Below are positions 12,043 to 22,900 of a stretch of DNA of 32,000 nt, in pieces. Both the position numbers and the translations under genes were made by a program. The stretch comes from Zygophlyctis sp. KS116. Taxonomy: Eukaryota > Fungi > Chytridiomycota. Within the stretch, counting starts at the first letter, position 1. Every line of letters begins with the position of its first letter. Below the pieces are notes generated by a model. It did no database searches. It was not told the origin of the DNA and saw nothing but the letters and a program-made list of their open reading frames with translations. The stretch covers positions 1 through 32,000 of the forward strand of contig BAAFSQ010000062.1 in NCBI GenBank assembly GCA_054661495.1, written 5' to 3'.

Positions 12043-12888
12043 ATGGAATTAGATGAGATGTATCATGGCTCTAATCAATTAGATCACTTGTTATCTACCA
12101 ACATGCCGTCTGCTGATGAGGTTGGCGTCCTCAATTTTCAAAATCTAATGGATAATTACTTTTTTGAACCTTCTCAAGAATCACAGGATGGACAGCAGCA
12201 AGACTCCTTAACTGAATTGAATCATCATGCCAATGCCATGTTGAACATGAAGCCATCATTGTATACTGATACATTGCTTCATGGACTAAGTATTCAACCT
12301 CAACAAAGTGGAAACTTTTATGATAATACTAGTTTTCCAGTAATTCCTATGCTTCAAACCACTCCAAATCTATCATCAGATGATGAGAGAATGTCTGCAT
12401 TATGGGGATCTTTGGAATCGGCTTCTGAATTTACAGACTCTCCAAGATTTGGATCAAACATCACTCCTCCTGATAGTTCTTATGACTCATTTACTTTTGG
12501 AGATAATGGTTCTAGTCCTTTTAATCCTGATGTATTCTTGATGCCCCCTTTGGACAATCAAAAAGGATTAATGCCATTTTCTGGAGGAAGAGCCAGATCA
12601 AATTCTGCATTATCTCTTCTTGATGAATCATTTAGTGACTCTTCTTTTCTTCAATCAGCAACTCCAAAAAGACAAAGATCAGCTTCAAACCCAAATCCTG
12701 ATAAAAAGAAAAAGACATTTTATTGTCATTTATGTCCGACAACATTTTCTAGGAATCATGATCTAAAGAGACATATCAGAATTCATTTGGGAATAAGACC
12801 TCACAAGTGTCAAACATGTCCGAAAACTTTCACTAGAGCTGATGCATTGCATCGTCATGTTCATATCCGTGGATGCAGAGGGATGTAG
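12043..12888 (+). CDS. C2H2 zinc-finger transcription factor (two C-terminal fingers, acidic/Ser-rich N-terminus)
   Basis: FYCHLCPTTFSRNHDLKRHIRIH-LGIRP-HKCQTCPKTFTRADALHRH, preceded by basic KKKK; intronless 281 aa. Confidence 0.92.
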   Translation: MELDEMYHGSNQLDHLLSTNMPSADEVGVLNFQNLMDNYFFEPSQESQDGQQQDSLTELNHHANAMLNMKPSLYTDTLLHGLSIQPQQSGNFYDNTSFPVIPMLQTTPNLSSDDERMSALWGSLESASEFTDSPRFGSNITPPDSSYDSFTFGDNGSSPFNPDVFLMPPLDNQKGLMPFSGGRARSNSALSLLDESFSDSSFLQSATPKRQRSASNPNPDKKKKTFYCHLCPTTFSRNHDLKRHIRIHLGIRPHKCQTCPKTFTRADALHRHVHIRGCRGM

Positions 12889-12971
12889 AATTTGAAGTGA
12901 AAATAGTCAATAAAGACCCTTTTGTGATTTTTTTTAAAATTCTGTATTTTCAAACTAATTCACTAAATGTT

Positions 12972-13998
12972 TTAAGATCCTTCAGACAAATTCAACAATA
13001 AAGTTGTCAAACATCTAATGTAAAAATTTCAAATGTAAAAATACCTTTTAGTAGTCATATCGTCCTTCAAAATTTGAGAAAATGTAGAATCACGAAGTGG
13101 TTCAGGCAAACATTGTCGAAGTGCTTCTCTAGCTCTTGAATTATCAGATAGTCTTAAATAACATCTTATTACATGTTTCAAGAGTCTTATAGACTGCTGT
13201 TCTACCAACTGACCGACCATATTTCCAAGAACAGTAGCAACAGCATAAAACCGTTCATAAGTTTGACATATATAAGTCAGTCCCATATCATCCAGTAATA
13301 TTTTTTGAACAATAAATATAGCTACCTAAATCATTTTAACAAACTCTACCTACAGTCTTTGATAGTTCACTTCCAGTTTCCATAATTCTTAAACATAGAG
13401 GTATAATTTCCGTTGATAGTAAAAAGTTTATAACTTCAGTGTTATCATTCTTTTAGATTAATCTTTTGATTGTATACCTTGACTAGTGCACCAATCACTC
13501 CAAGACTTGTCAATCTTAAATATTCAAAAGGTCTTGTTTTGGAAGTAGTATTTAAAAATGGATATAAAAACAATGGTATGTGAGCATTCAAGAATAATAC
13601 TCTAGTTTCATTATGTGAAGCGACACATTGTAGTAGAGCTAATGCATTACATACTCTATTTGATGCATGACCGGTTAAAGTTGGTGGTGTCAATGCTGGA
13701 TAAACTGAAACGATTTCCTGAAGCAGAGCCGTCATGACTCCAAAAGAGTGCCATAAAATTGGTGCTAGCCTAGAGTATAAATCAGTTTAAAATTAGAGTT
13801 CTAGAAACTAGTTCTCTAAAGATTTGAAACTTACCCTTCGTACGCCTCTCGTTTCTTTGATAATTCAAGCAGCGCAGACTCTCTCGCAGCAGGCAAAGTC
13901 AAGTCCAAGATCAAAGAATACACTTTTTCTTCTTCCTGATATTGTGCCTGGACTGCCGATTGCTGTGCAGTCGTTGGAATAAATGGCGGTCGATTCAT
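12972..13998 (-). CDS. RCD1: CCR4-NOT subunit Rcd1/Caf40/CNOT9, 4 introns
   Basis: Conserved [85 protein letters not shown] and [19 protein letters not shown] at 13998, TAA at 12974-12972. Confidence 0.96.
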
Positions 13999-14029
13999 GA
14001 GCGATTTTTTTAAAGTTTAGGAGACGGTT

Positions 14030-15102
14030 CTATTTCTTCTTAACTGCACTTAAAAAGGCTGAAATAACAGCACTTTCATTTAAAAGTTGATTTCCGGCTG
14101 TTGCTATTGATGATCGATACGCTTGATCTATATCACGATCTTCTAATTTTGATTCAATCATATATGAAGTCATTTGTTTAGAATCTGATCTGGTAGATTT
14201 AATAGTTTCATTTAAACTCTTGACTTGAGATTTCCAGGGATAGTATGGATCTGTTGTTTCGTCTAAAACTGCAGATTCTGCAGAGTCTGAAGCTTGTTGA
14301 TCTTGACGAATGAGAAATGCGCTACGTCTACCAGATGGATCAGTTCCACCTAAATATTTTTTAACTTTCCATTTCACAGAACAAAGGTTACAAAGAAGAG
14401 TACCATTTAGACCTTGCTTCCAATCAGATGATAAAATTGTACTACAAACTCCACAATGTTTTTTAGGTGGAGTAAGTCTTTCATTTGATTGGGTACTGGG
14501 GACAAATGGATTCGAAGTTCTAGGACGTCCAACTTTACGAGGAGATCCATCAGTACGACTAGATGGTCGGGGTTTAGAAGGGGAATTGTTGCGATCTGTT
14601 GGTGAAACTCGATTTCGTGTCCGAGGTCGTCCTGGACGTCGTTTTGGTGGTCTTTCATCTATATTTCAATTTCTTTAGGTTTTTTACCATCTGATCCTGA
14701 TACAGAAGATGCAGCTGTTGATCTTACTACTGGCGTTTTTCTTGCAGGGATTGGAGACGATTGGATTTCCTCTAAAAGTTCCGCATCGATGGGCTTGTTT
14801 AATAATTCAGTTATTTGATCTTCTAATCCATATTCTATTGCAATTGATAATGCTTCTTCTTCTGGAATCCATGTACCTTGAAATCCTGCGTAGCCACCTT
14901 GGACCTTTTCATGCTTCATTCTACTGATATCCTTCTCTAGGATTTTTGTACGTTGTGGTTTAGCCAATCCAGCTGCTCTAAGAACTTGTGTTGCATTAAC
15001 ATAATTATCATGAAGTCTTCTCATGACTGATATTCCCTTTATATTCATAACATAAACTCGAGTTCCACTATATGCCGAGAATTTAATTGGTTGCGATGAC
15101 AT
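14030..15102 (-). CDS. KilA-N/APSES (Mbp1/Swi4-like) DNA-binding protein with two AT-hooks and a GATA-type zinc finger, 347 aa
   Basis: N-terminus VMRRLHDNYVNATQVLRAAG...RTKILEK...HEKVQGGYAGFQGTWIP. A phase-1 intron at 14659-14687 (29 nt) opens a stop-free frame with KRRPGRPR, RKVGRPR and CGVCSTILSSDWKQGLNGTLLCNLC that runs in frame into ORF 14030-14377. Confidence 0.88.
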
Positions 15103-15364
15103 ATTGGATAATGCGTGAAGTATATAATGGATAATATCAATTGTCTAATTATTACAATGGTCGAATGACGTTACCGGAGGTTTTTGGTCATTGTGTGCAG
15201 TTGAATCATTCATGTCCTAACGAATCTTGTAATTTAAAAGATCTAACTAATTGCAAGAATAATAACTGATTTAGATCTGCATTAGCTCTTTATCTATCTT
15301 CTATTCTCTGCAGAATGCAAATCGCCTGATCAGATATGGCCGCACATGACGACGTCAGCGGCTA

Positions 15365-16093
15365 ATGATTGTAATGTCAGATTACCAACGTCAGATACTC
15401 TCAACTGTCCTTGGGAATGCATCAATGGGATTTTGGATGATTGCCCAAATACCACAATTGTACAAAAACTACAAGAGAGGATCTGTCAATGCTCTAAGTC
15501 AAGTATTCTTAAGTATTTGGTTAATTGGAGATATTACTAATTTGATTGGATCTATTCTTACAAACCAACAACCATTTCAAATCAGGCTCGCAGCTTATTT
15601 TGTTTCCATAGATGTGGTAATGCTGATACAATATCTACATTTAAAATCTCAAAGATCGACAGAAACTGAACCTCTTTTACAACCAGATTCTTCTTTAATA
15701 ATACCAATAATTGTATCGTCACTTGCATCCCCTGTATCTGCTCAAATAGACACTATCCCAGATAATTTACATCAACTAGACTATAAAATCGGTCTTTTAG
15801 TTTCTTGGATTTGTGCTCTCTTATATCTATCTTCAAGAATACCCCAAATACTTTTAAATTATAACAAGAAATCAGTGTCTGGCCTCTCTATTTCAATGTT
15901 TATCTGTGCGTTTATGGGAAACTTGACTTATTCTACCTCTCTAATATTGTCGGATGATGCAAACACTGGAGGATCTGAATTTTGGATTAAATCAATTCCA
16001 TTTCTTGTAGGATCCTTTGGGACTCTTTGTCAAGACTTGGTAATTTTCCTTCAAAGTTTCTTATACTCTAAAAAATTCGACAATTCAGCTTAA
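15365..16093 (+). CDS. PQ-loop repeat vacuolar/lysosomal amino acid transporter (Ypq/PQLC2-like)
   Basis: Two PQ loops (WMIAQIPQLYKNYKRGS; LYLSSRIPQILLNYNKKSVSGLS), WLIGDITNLIG and PFLVGSFGTL; intronless 242 aa. Confidence 0.92.
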   Translation: MIVMSDYQRQILSTVLGNASMGFWMIAQIPQLYKNYKRGSVNALSQVFLSIWLIGDITNLIGSILTNQQPFQIRLAAYFVSIDVVMLIQYLHLKSQRSTETEPLLQPDSSLIIPIIVSSLASPVSAQIDTIPDNLHQLDYKIGLLVSWICALLYLSSRIPQILLNYNKKSVSGLSISMFICAFMGNLTYSTSLILSDDANTGGSEFWIKSIPFLVGSFGTLCQDLVIFLQSFLYSKKFDNSA

Positions 16094-16806
16094 AGAAATA
16101 TATTTGAATTAGTTTGATTCTTATCTGCAACATGATTTTTTAATTTCAATTGATACATTTCCTTTGCCTTTAAGCCTTGCTCATCTATAAACGTTCTCCC
16201 ATATCTATACTCTTCTGAGCAGTTAAAATGCGAATCTGGCATCGGCAAAATTGAAGCCTTTGTATCTTTATATTTGTAATATGCATCTTTAGGAATTTCT
16301 TTAGAAGAATCCTTTTTAAAACTTGATTGATTTCCTTTTTGGAATTGTTTTTCAGTCATTAGAATATTCTGAAATCCAAACTTTTGCACAGCTTCTTGAG
16401 AATCTTTAGAATCTCTTATTTCCGCAGATTGTAATCTACCGACTGCATTAATTTCATCATTTCTCTTAATCACAGCATTCTTAGAGATTATCCTATCGAA
16501 TCTTCCAAAGTTTGAGACTGGACCAAGAATATAATCATTTCCAGCCGAGCCAGCGATCGATAATCCTAGAGCAAACTGCTGACCATGATACTGAGGCGGA
16601 TACGGTGGAGCAGGCGAAACTCCTGAATCTTTGAGTTTTCTTAGAAATGAAATTCTATTAGAGAATCCAAAAGTAGTTTTCCTACATCGCTTACTGTATG
16701 CCATTGAGCTTTGAATCATTCCTGGAGGGGAATCGCCGCATCTATCCTTGTGTGCCTGCAATCTATTTGGAGGAAAGTCATGGGGTACAAGTGGTCTAGT
16801 TTGCAT
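16090..16806 (-). CDS. Hypothetical basic hydrophilic protein, 238 aa
   Basis: Long ATG-initiated ORF filling the gap between the PQ-loop gene and the Pol2 promoter; no family recognised. Confidence 0.65.
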   Translation of the reverse strand: MQTRPLVPHDFPPNRLQAHKDRCGDSPPGMIQSSMAYSKRCRKTTFGFSNRISFLRKLKDSGVSPAPPYPPQYHGQQFALGLSIAGSAGNDYILGPVSNFGRFDRIISKNAVIKRNDEINAVGRLQSAEIRDSKDSQEAVQKFGFQNILMTEKQFQKGNQSSFKKDSSKEIPKDAYYKYKDTKASILPMPDSHFNCSEEYRYGRTFIDEQGLKAKEMYQLKLKNHVADKNQTNSNIFL

Positions 16807-16840
16807 TTATGATTATGCAAGTCAATATTTACTCTAGGAT

Positions 16841-16881
16841 AATGAACAATGGACTTAAATCGATAGACAATGAACAATGGA
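16841..16881. promoter_or_regulatory. 13-bp direct repeat AATGAACAATGGA (two copies) in the divergent promoter upstream of POL2
   Basis: Exact copies at 16841-16853 and 16869-16881, each containing the HMG-box-type core AACAAT. The regulatory role is inferred. Confidence 0.45.
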
Positions 16882-16942
16882 AATAGTTTCGGACAATCGA
16901 CAAGCGCTGACGTCCGAAGCGCGCTCTTCATTTTCATTTCGG

Positions 16943-19900
16943 ATGGCAAAAACGTTTGGATTGGTGCAAAAGTCAAAGTTTGGAAAGCGCAGATATACTC
17001 AATCAAAACAATATCATCAACGTCTGACAGGATCAGGTAGCTCAAAAGCAAAGGCTTCGCAACCCGCTTTAGGAGACGCAGGATACAATAGAGACGATCT
17101 GCAGGCTAAAAATGATATGGACGCTTTAATGGGGTTTGATAGCTATGTACAGGGACCGGAAAGACTAGGCTGGCTAGTTAATATGCACCCAACGGTTGTC
17201 TATGAAAGTGAATCAGATTCAGGGAAATCTGGTTGTGATTTGTATTTTATTACAGAAGAACGGGAAACATTTAAAGCCACTGTATTGTTTGAACCGTACT
17301 TTTATATAATTTGCAAGGTATTTTTTTATTTTTAGAAAAATTAGGAAAATACTTTGGTGGAAGTTGAAGATTACTTGAGGAGAAAGTTTTCAAAGACTTT
17401 ATTGTCTTTACAAAAAGTGGAAAAGGATGATTTAAGCTTACCAAATCATTTATTGGGAAACAAAAGGAATCTAATTAAACTATTATTCAAGAATACGCAA
17501 GATTTGATATCTGTAAAGAATGTATTAAGGCCGGCGGCCGATATAAATAGGAAAAAAATGGAAAATACAGGAATGTTTGAACAGGTTCAAGGGTAATATT
17601 ATTTATTTTAACTTTAGACTAACTGAAGCTAATCATCAACCTTTTGAAAAATCTGAAAAAATATCCAGTAAAAATACTCAAGATGTTCTTGAAAATATAC
17701 TGGAATTACGTGAATTTGATGTCCAATATTATATAAGAGTAGCTATAGATTGTGGTATATTTCTTATATTTTTCTTAAAAATAGATTTAAGAGTGGGATT
17801 ATGGTATTCTGTAAAGGCTATACAAGGAATGATAAATATTAAATCATGTCCCGAAAAAATTACTAGAGCTGATCCTATTATATTTGCATTTGATATAGAA
17901 ACTACTAAACTTCCGCTCAAGTTTCCTGATTCTAGTTTTGATAATATCATGATGATTTCTTATATGGTAGATGGTCAAGGATTTCTCATTACTAATCGAG
18001 AAATTGTTAGTGAAGATATTGATGATTTTGATTATACACCAAAGCCTGAATTTGAAGGACCATTTATGATTTTTAATGAGGAAGACGAGGTAGAATGGTA
18101 TAATTTAAGCTTTAGATTGCTCTTTTAAGGAGATTCTTTGAACATATTCGTGAAATTAAACCAACGGTTTTTGTCACTTATAATGGAGATTTTTTCGATT
18201 TTCCTTTTATTGAAGCTCGAGCTAATTTTCATGGATTGAATATGCAGAATGAAATTGGTATATTCAAGAATGGCAGTGGTGAATATAGTTCTTTTACTGC
18301 GATGCACATGGACTGCTTTTGTTGGGTGAAACGTGATTCATACTTGCCACAAGGGAGTCAAGGATTAAAGGTGAATATATAGCTTTAATTCTTAGGCTGT
18401 GACTACAGCTAAACTTGGATATGATCCTGCTGAATTGGATCCCGAAGATATGACACGGTAGAATATCCGAACTGATTAAATAGATTTGCTGCCGAAAAGC
18501 CTCAGGTTCTCGCTGAATATTCCGTTTCTGATGCTGTAGCTACATATTACCTCTATATGAAATACGTCAATCCATTTATCTTCTCATTGTGTAATATTAT
18601 CCCGATGAATCCTGACGATGTGCTAAGAAGAGGATCTGGTACACTTTGCGAACATCTATTGATGGTAATTCTATCTATATTAAGAATAGGTGCAAGCTTT
18701 TAAGGCCAATGTCATTATGCCAAATAAGCATCAAGATGACGGAATTAAATTCTTTCAAGGCCATCTGTTAGAGAGTGAGACGTATGTCGGTGGGCATGTT
18801 GAAGCTTTGGAGGCTGGAGTCTTTAGAAGTGATATTCCTACAAAATTCCGTTTGGTTCCTTCGGCTTTCCAACAGGTATAGCGAAATTTGCTCATAAATG
18901 TAGTTAATTGATGAGCTTGATAATGCGTTAACATTTTCCATTCAAATCGAGGGCAAAATAAATATGGAGGATGTCTCAAATTATCAAGAGGTATAAATCC
19001 GTGGTTAATTTTAACTTTAGGTTAAAGACCAAATAACTGAGGCTTTAGTCGAACTTAGAAATACTCCTAATAGAATCGAGAAGCCTTCAATCTACCATTT
19101 GGATGTTGCGGCCATGTACCCCAATATTATTCTGACAAATCGACTTCAACCAGATGCTATTGTTAATGAAAGCATTTGTGCTACCTGTGATTTCAATCAA
19201 GGCCCTGAAAGTCAGTGCCAGAGACGGATGGAATGGTCATGGAGAGGAGAATATATGCCTGCGAAAAAAAGTGAATATAATATGATTCGACATCAACTAG
19301 AACAAGAATCATTTCCCTCTAAATATGATCCGGATATTTTGAAATCATTTCACGACCTTTCATTATCGGAGCAATCTGTGACAATCAAGAAAAGATTGGC
19401 AGACTATAGCCGAAAAGTTTACAACCGTATTCATGAACACACTGTAATTCAAAAAGAATCTATCGCTTGTCAGCGAGAAAATCCCTTCTATATTAATACA
19501 GTGCGTAATTTCAGAGATAGACGTTATGAATACAAAGGACTTTTAAAATTATGGAAGAAAAAAGCAGATGAAGCTTCATCTGATGGTGATACGATGGCTT
19601 TAGACGAGGCTAAGCGGCTAATTACAGTATATGATAGTTTGCAATTAGCGCACAAATGTATCTTGAACTCTTTTTATGGCTATGTGATGCGGAAAGGTGC
19701 AAGATGGTATAGTATGGAGATGGCTGGAATCGTGTGCTTGACTGGATCTAGAATTATTCAGCTTGCTCGTAGTCGTGTAGAACAAATCGGTCGGCCGCTA
19801 GAGCTAGATACTGATGGTATATGGTGTATTGTACCAGCAACTTTTCCAGACAATTTTGTTTTTAGTCTCAAGAATGGAAAATCATTTCCAATTTCATATC

Positions 19901-22900
19901 CATGTGTAATGTTGAATCACTTGGTCCATGATCAATTTACAAACCATCAATACCAAGAACTTCAGGATGAAGACTCTTACAAATATTCAATGAGAAGTGA
20001 AAACAGTATTTTTTTCGAAGTCGATGGACCGTACAGGGCCATGATTTTGCCATCATCAACAGAAGAAGATAAGCTATTAAAAAAAAGATATGCTGTATTC
20101 AATGATGATGGCACATTGGCCGAATTAAAGGGGTTTGAAATCAAACGTAGAGGTGAATTGAAACTGATCAAGATTTTTCAAAGTGAAATATTCAAGGCCT
20201 TTCTCTTGGGCACAAATTTGGAAGAATGCTATGAATCGGTCGCGCTCGTAGCTAACAGATGGTTGGATGTTTTATACAGTAAAGGAATAGAACACACAGA
20301 CGAGGAGTTATTTGATTTGATTTCGGAGAATAGAAGCATGTCTAAATCATTAGAATACTATGGTGCTCAAAAGTCCACCTCAATCAGTACCGCCAAGCGT
20401 TTGGCTGAATTTTTAGGTGATCAAATGGTCAAAGATAAGGGACTTAACTGCAAATTCATCATCTCTCAAAAGCCTGTTGGAGCTCCTGTTAGTGAAAGGG
20501 CTATTCCAGTTGTGATTTTTCAAGCTGAGCCGAGTATTCAAAAACATTTTCTTCGTAAGTGGCTAAAAGATTCATCTATTCAAACTCCCAATATACGTGA
20601 AATTGTAGATTGGAAATACTACTACGAAAGGTTTGGTAGCGTAATTCAAAAAATTATTACCATTCCAGCTGCAATGCAGGGAATCAAAAACCCCGTCCCG
20701 AGAATTGCTCATCCTGATTGGCTATTCAAACGAGTGGCAGCGTTAGATGATAAGGTCAAACAAATCCGCATCACCGATTTTTTCAATCCTAAAGCTTCAA
20801 AAGAGGAAGGTTCAGATGGAAATATCTCTGATAGGGGCTCAGTTGATCTAGAAGATATAAGAATTCCATTTTCGTCTCAGATTTCTCCAATGAAAAAGGA
20901 AATGAATCCACCAGAGAAAAATTCAGCCGAAAAACCTGATATGATGACTGATTACTACGGATGGCTTGCTTTACAGAAAGAAAAATGGCGCTTGATGGTG
21001 AAGAAAAATATAAGCGACCGTGCCTTGCATGGTTCAGATTATGAGCGACAAAAAAAGCTCAGGACATTTGAAAAAAATAGCATTGAAGGATTTCTACATC
21101 GTCAGGCTGACACTATTCTCAGATTTTCTTGGAATATTTTGCAAATCACAGAAACCGATATCCCTGGAAATTTCAGAGTTTGGGCACTTGTGGAGAATAA
21201 TGTGTATTCTATAAAGCTCTCAATTCCGAGAATTTTTTATGTTAATAGTAGAGTTTACAATCCAGAATTGGAAAATATTTCCTCGGCTTATAAAGTTATA
21301 GGAGTAAACAAAACTTTACCGAGATCTCAGACATGCATGTATCTCTACGAATTTACTATGACAGAGTCTTTTTATATTGAAAATTCTGGACGGTTTGCTC
21401 AGCTATTCAATCATGAAAATATTGAGGGAGTTTATGAACTTCAAATTCCTTTGATATTTAGAGCTTTAACCCTTTTGGGATCTGTCGTTAAAGTACAACG
21501 CCATCGAATCTCTGAAAAGAAAGGCCTTGATTCTTCGTTTGAAATTGATGATCTTGCTCGGGACTTAAAAACAGCTAATTCATATATCCCAAGAGAATTC
21601 AAGTTGAATTATTTATTCTTATTTCATTGCTCTAGTGAAAATGGTGTTCGACAAGTTTTTGGTCTTTTTTCCGCACCAAGTAATATTCTTTGGATTGTCA
21701 TTGTTGACCCTGGTCAGAATCAGGAAGCAGTACCTAATGTTAAGAAAATTTACAGTGATAAACGTGCAGACTCTGCTCCTTTTGCAACTCAAAGTACTGA
21801 CTTAATGGAAATTTCTGACATGATTGAATATCCCGAGAATTTGGATGTTAAAGTTTCACTACATTCTCAGGAGAAAGATGCTTTGCAAGCTTTAAACAGG
21901 GCATTTGGAGAATACAAGGATCAACGCAAAGGAAATACAGTAGTAGCTCTACAATCAGCGCACTCGATAAGACATTTAAGTATGTTAGGTTTGTCAATCT
22001 CCTTGGATTTTCCAATCTTGTCCGTGCCTTTCCATCAAGCGGACAACATATTTCCCGCTTTCGGGTGGCAATCAAACTGTATAAGAAGAATGATTGATCA
22101 CTATTTTAATCTTAACGACTTTTTAAAAGATCGTCTTTCTCTTGCAAGATACGGAGATGTTCCCATTTGTAATATTGATCATGACTATACTGTTTTTTTG
22201 TCAGATTTATTTCTCTCTAGAAAATTAAAACGGGCTGATATGATAAGTTGGTATTCACCTTCTGAAAAGCCCGATCTTGGAGGAAGGGAGTTGGATGATA
22301 ATAAACATGATTTGGATGAATTGGCGATTACTGAAATAAATGTGCCAGGTAATTATCCTACTGTATGTATTGAATTGAATGTATGGGACCTGGCATTAAA
22401 CACTCTTATTCAGTCGAGTATTTTTGACGAATTCGAAGGAAGTTTCGGTGGCCAAGTTGAAATGAAATCACATTTATTAGATCATCATCTAAAAAATGCT
22501 GAAGAAGGCCATGGGCAGAAAGATTCTCTGAGCTCTTTTGCTAGCGCTGGTGAAAGTCGGATTTCAACTGTCACATTTGGAATTATCCGTAATATGATTA
22601 GATCATGGTCAGAAGACATTGTAAAACACAAAAGGATAGCGTCATCAATGCTAGAACATTTATACAGGTGGATAACCAGCTCATCATCTCGACTATTTGA
22701 CCCAGCTATATATCATCTAATTCATGAATTGATGAAGCGTGTTTATATTCATTTAATAGCCGATCTGAAAACTTATGGATCTCAGATAATTTACGCATCA
22801 TTTCACAAAGTTGTACTCGCTACCGCAAAGGCTGATGTTAATAATGCAATAGCTTATATGACATATTTACTTCATTCATTACGGAAAAAGGAAATGTTTA

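Noticed and set aside
14310-14678. 122-aa plus-strand Arg/Gly-rich ORF and 83-aa minus-strand ORF 14407-14658
   Set aside because: Antisense and off-frame shadows of the AT-hook/GATA exon of the APSES gene.
14659-15102. KilA-N domain as evidence of an endogenous virus
   Set aside because: The sequence is of the fungal Mbp1/Swi4 subtype, contains an intron and is flanked by housekeeping genes; no viral genes are nearby.
16090-16806. Possible ciliary microtubule-associated (SHIPPO/PGP-repeat) protein
   Set aside because: Composition is suggestive, but no clear PGPGxY repeats are present; left as hypothetical.
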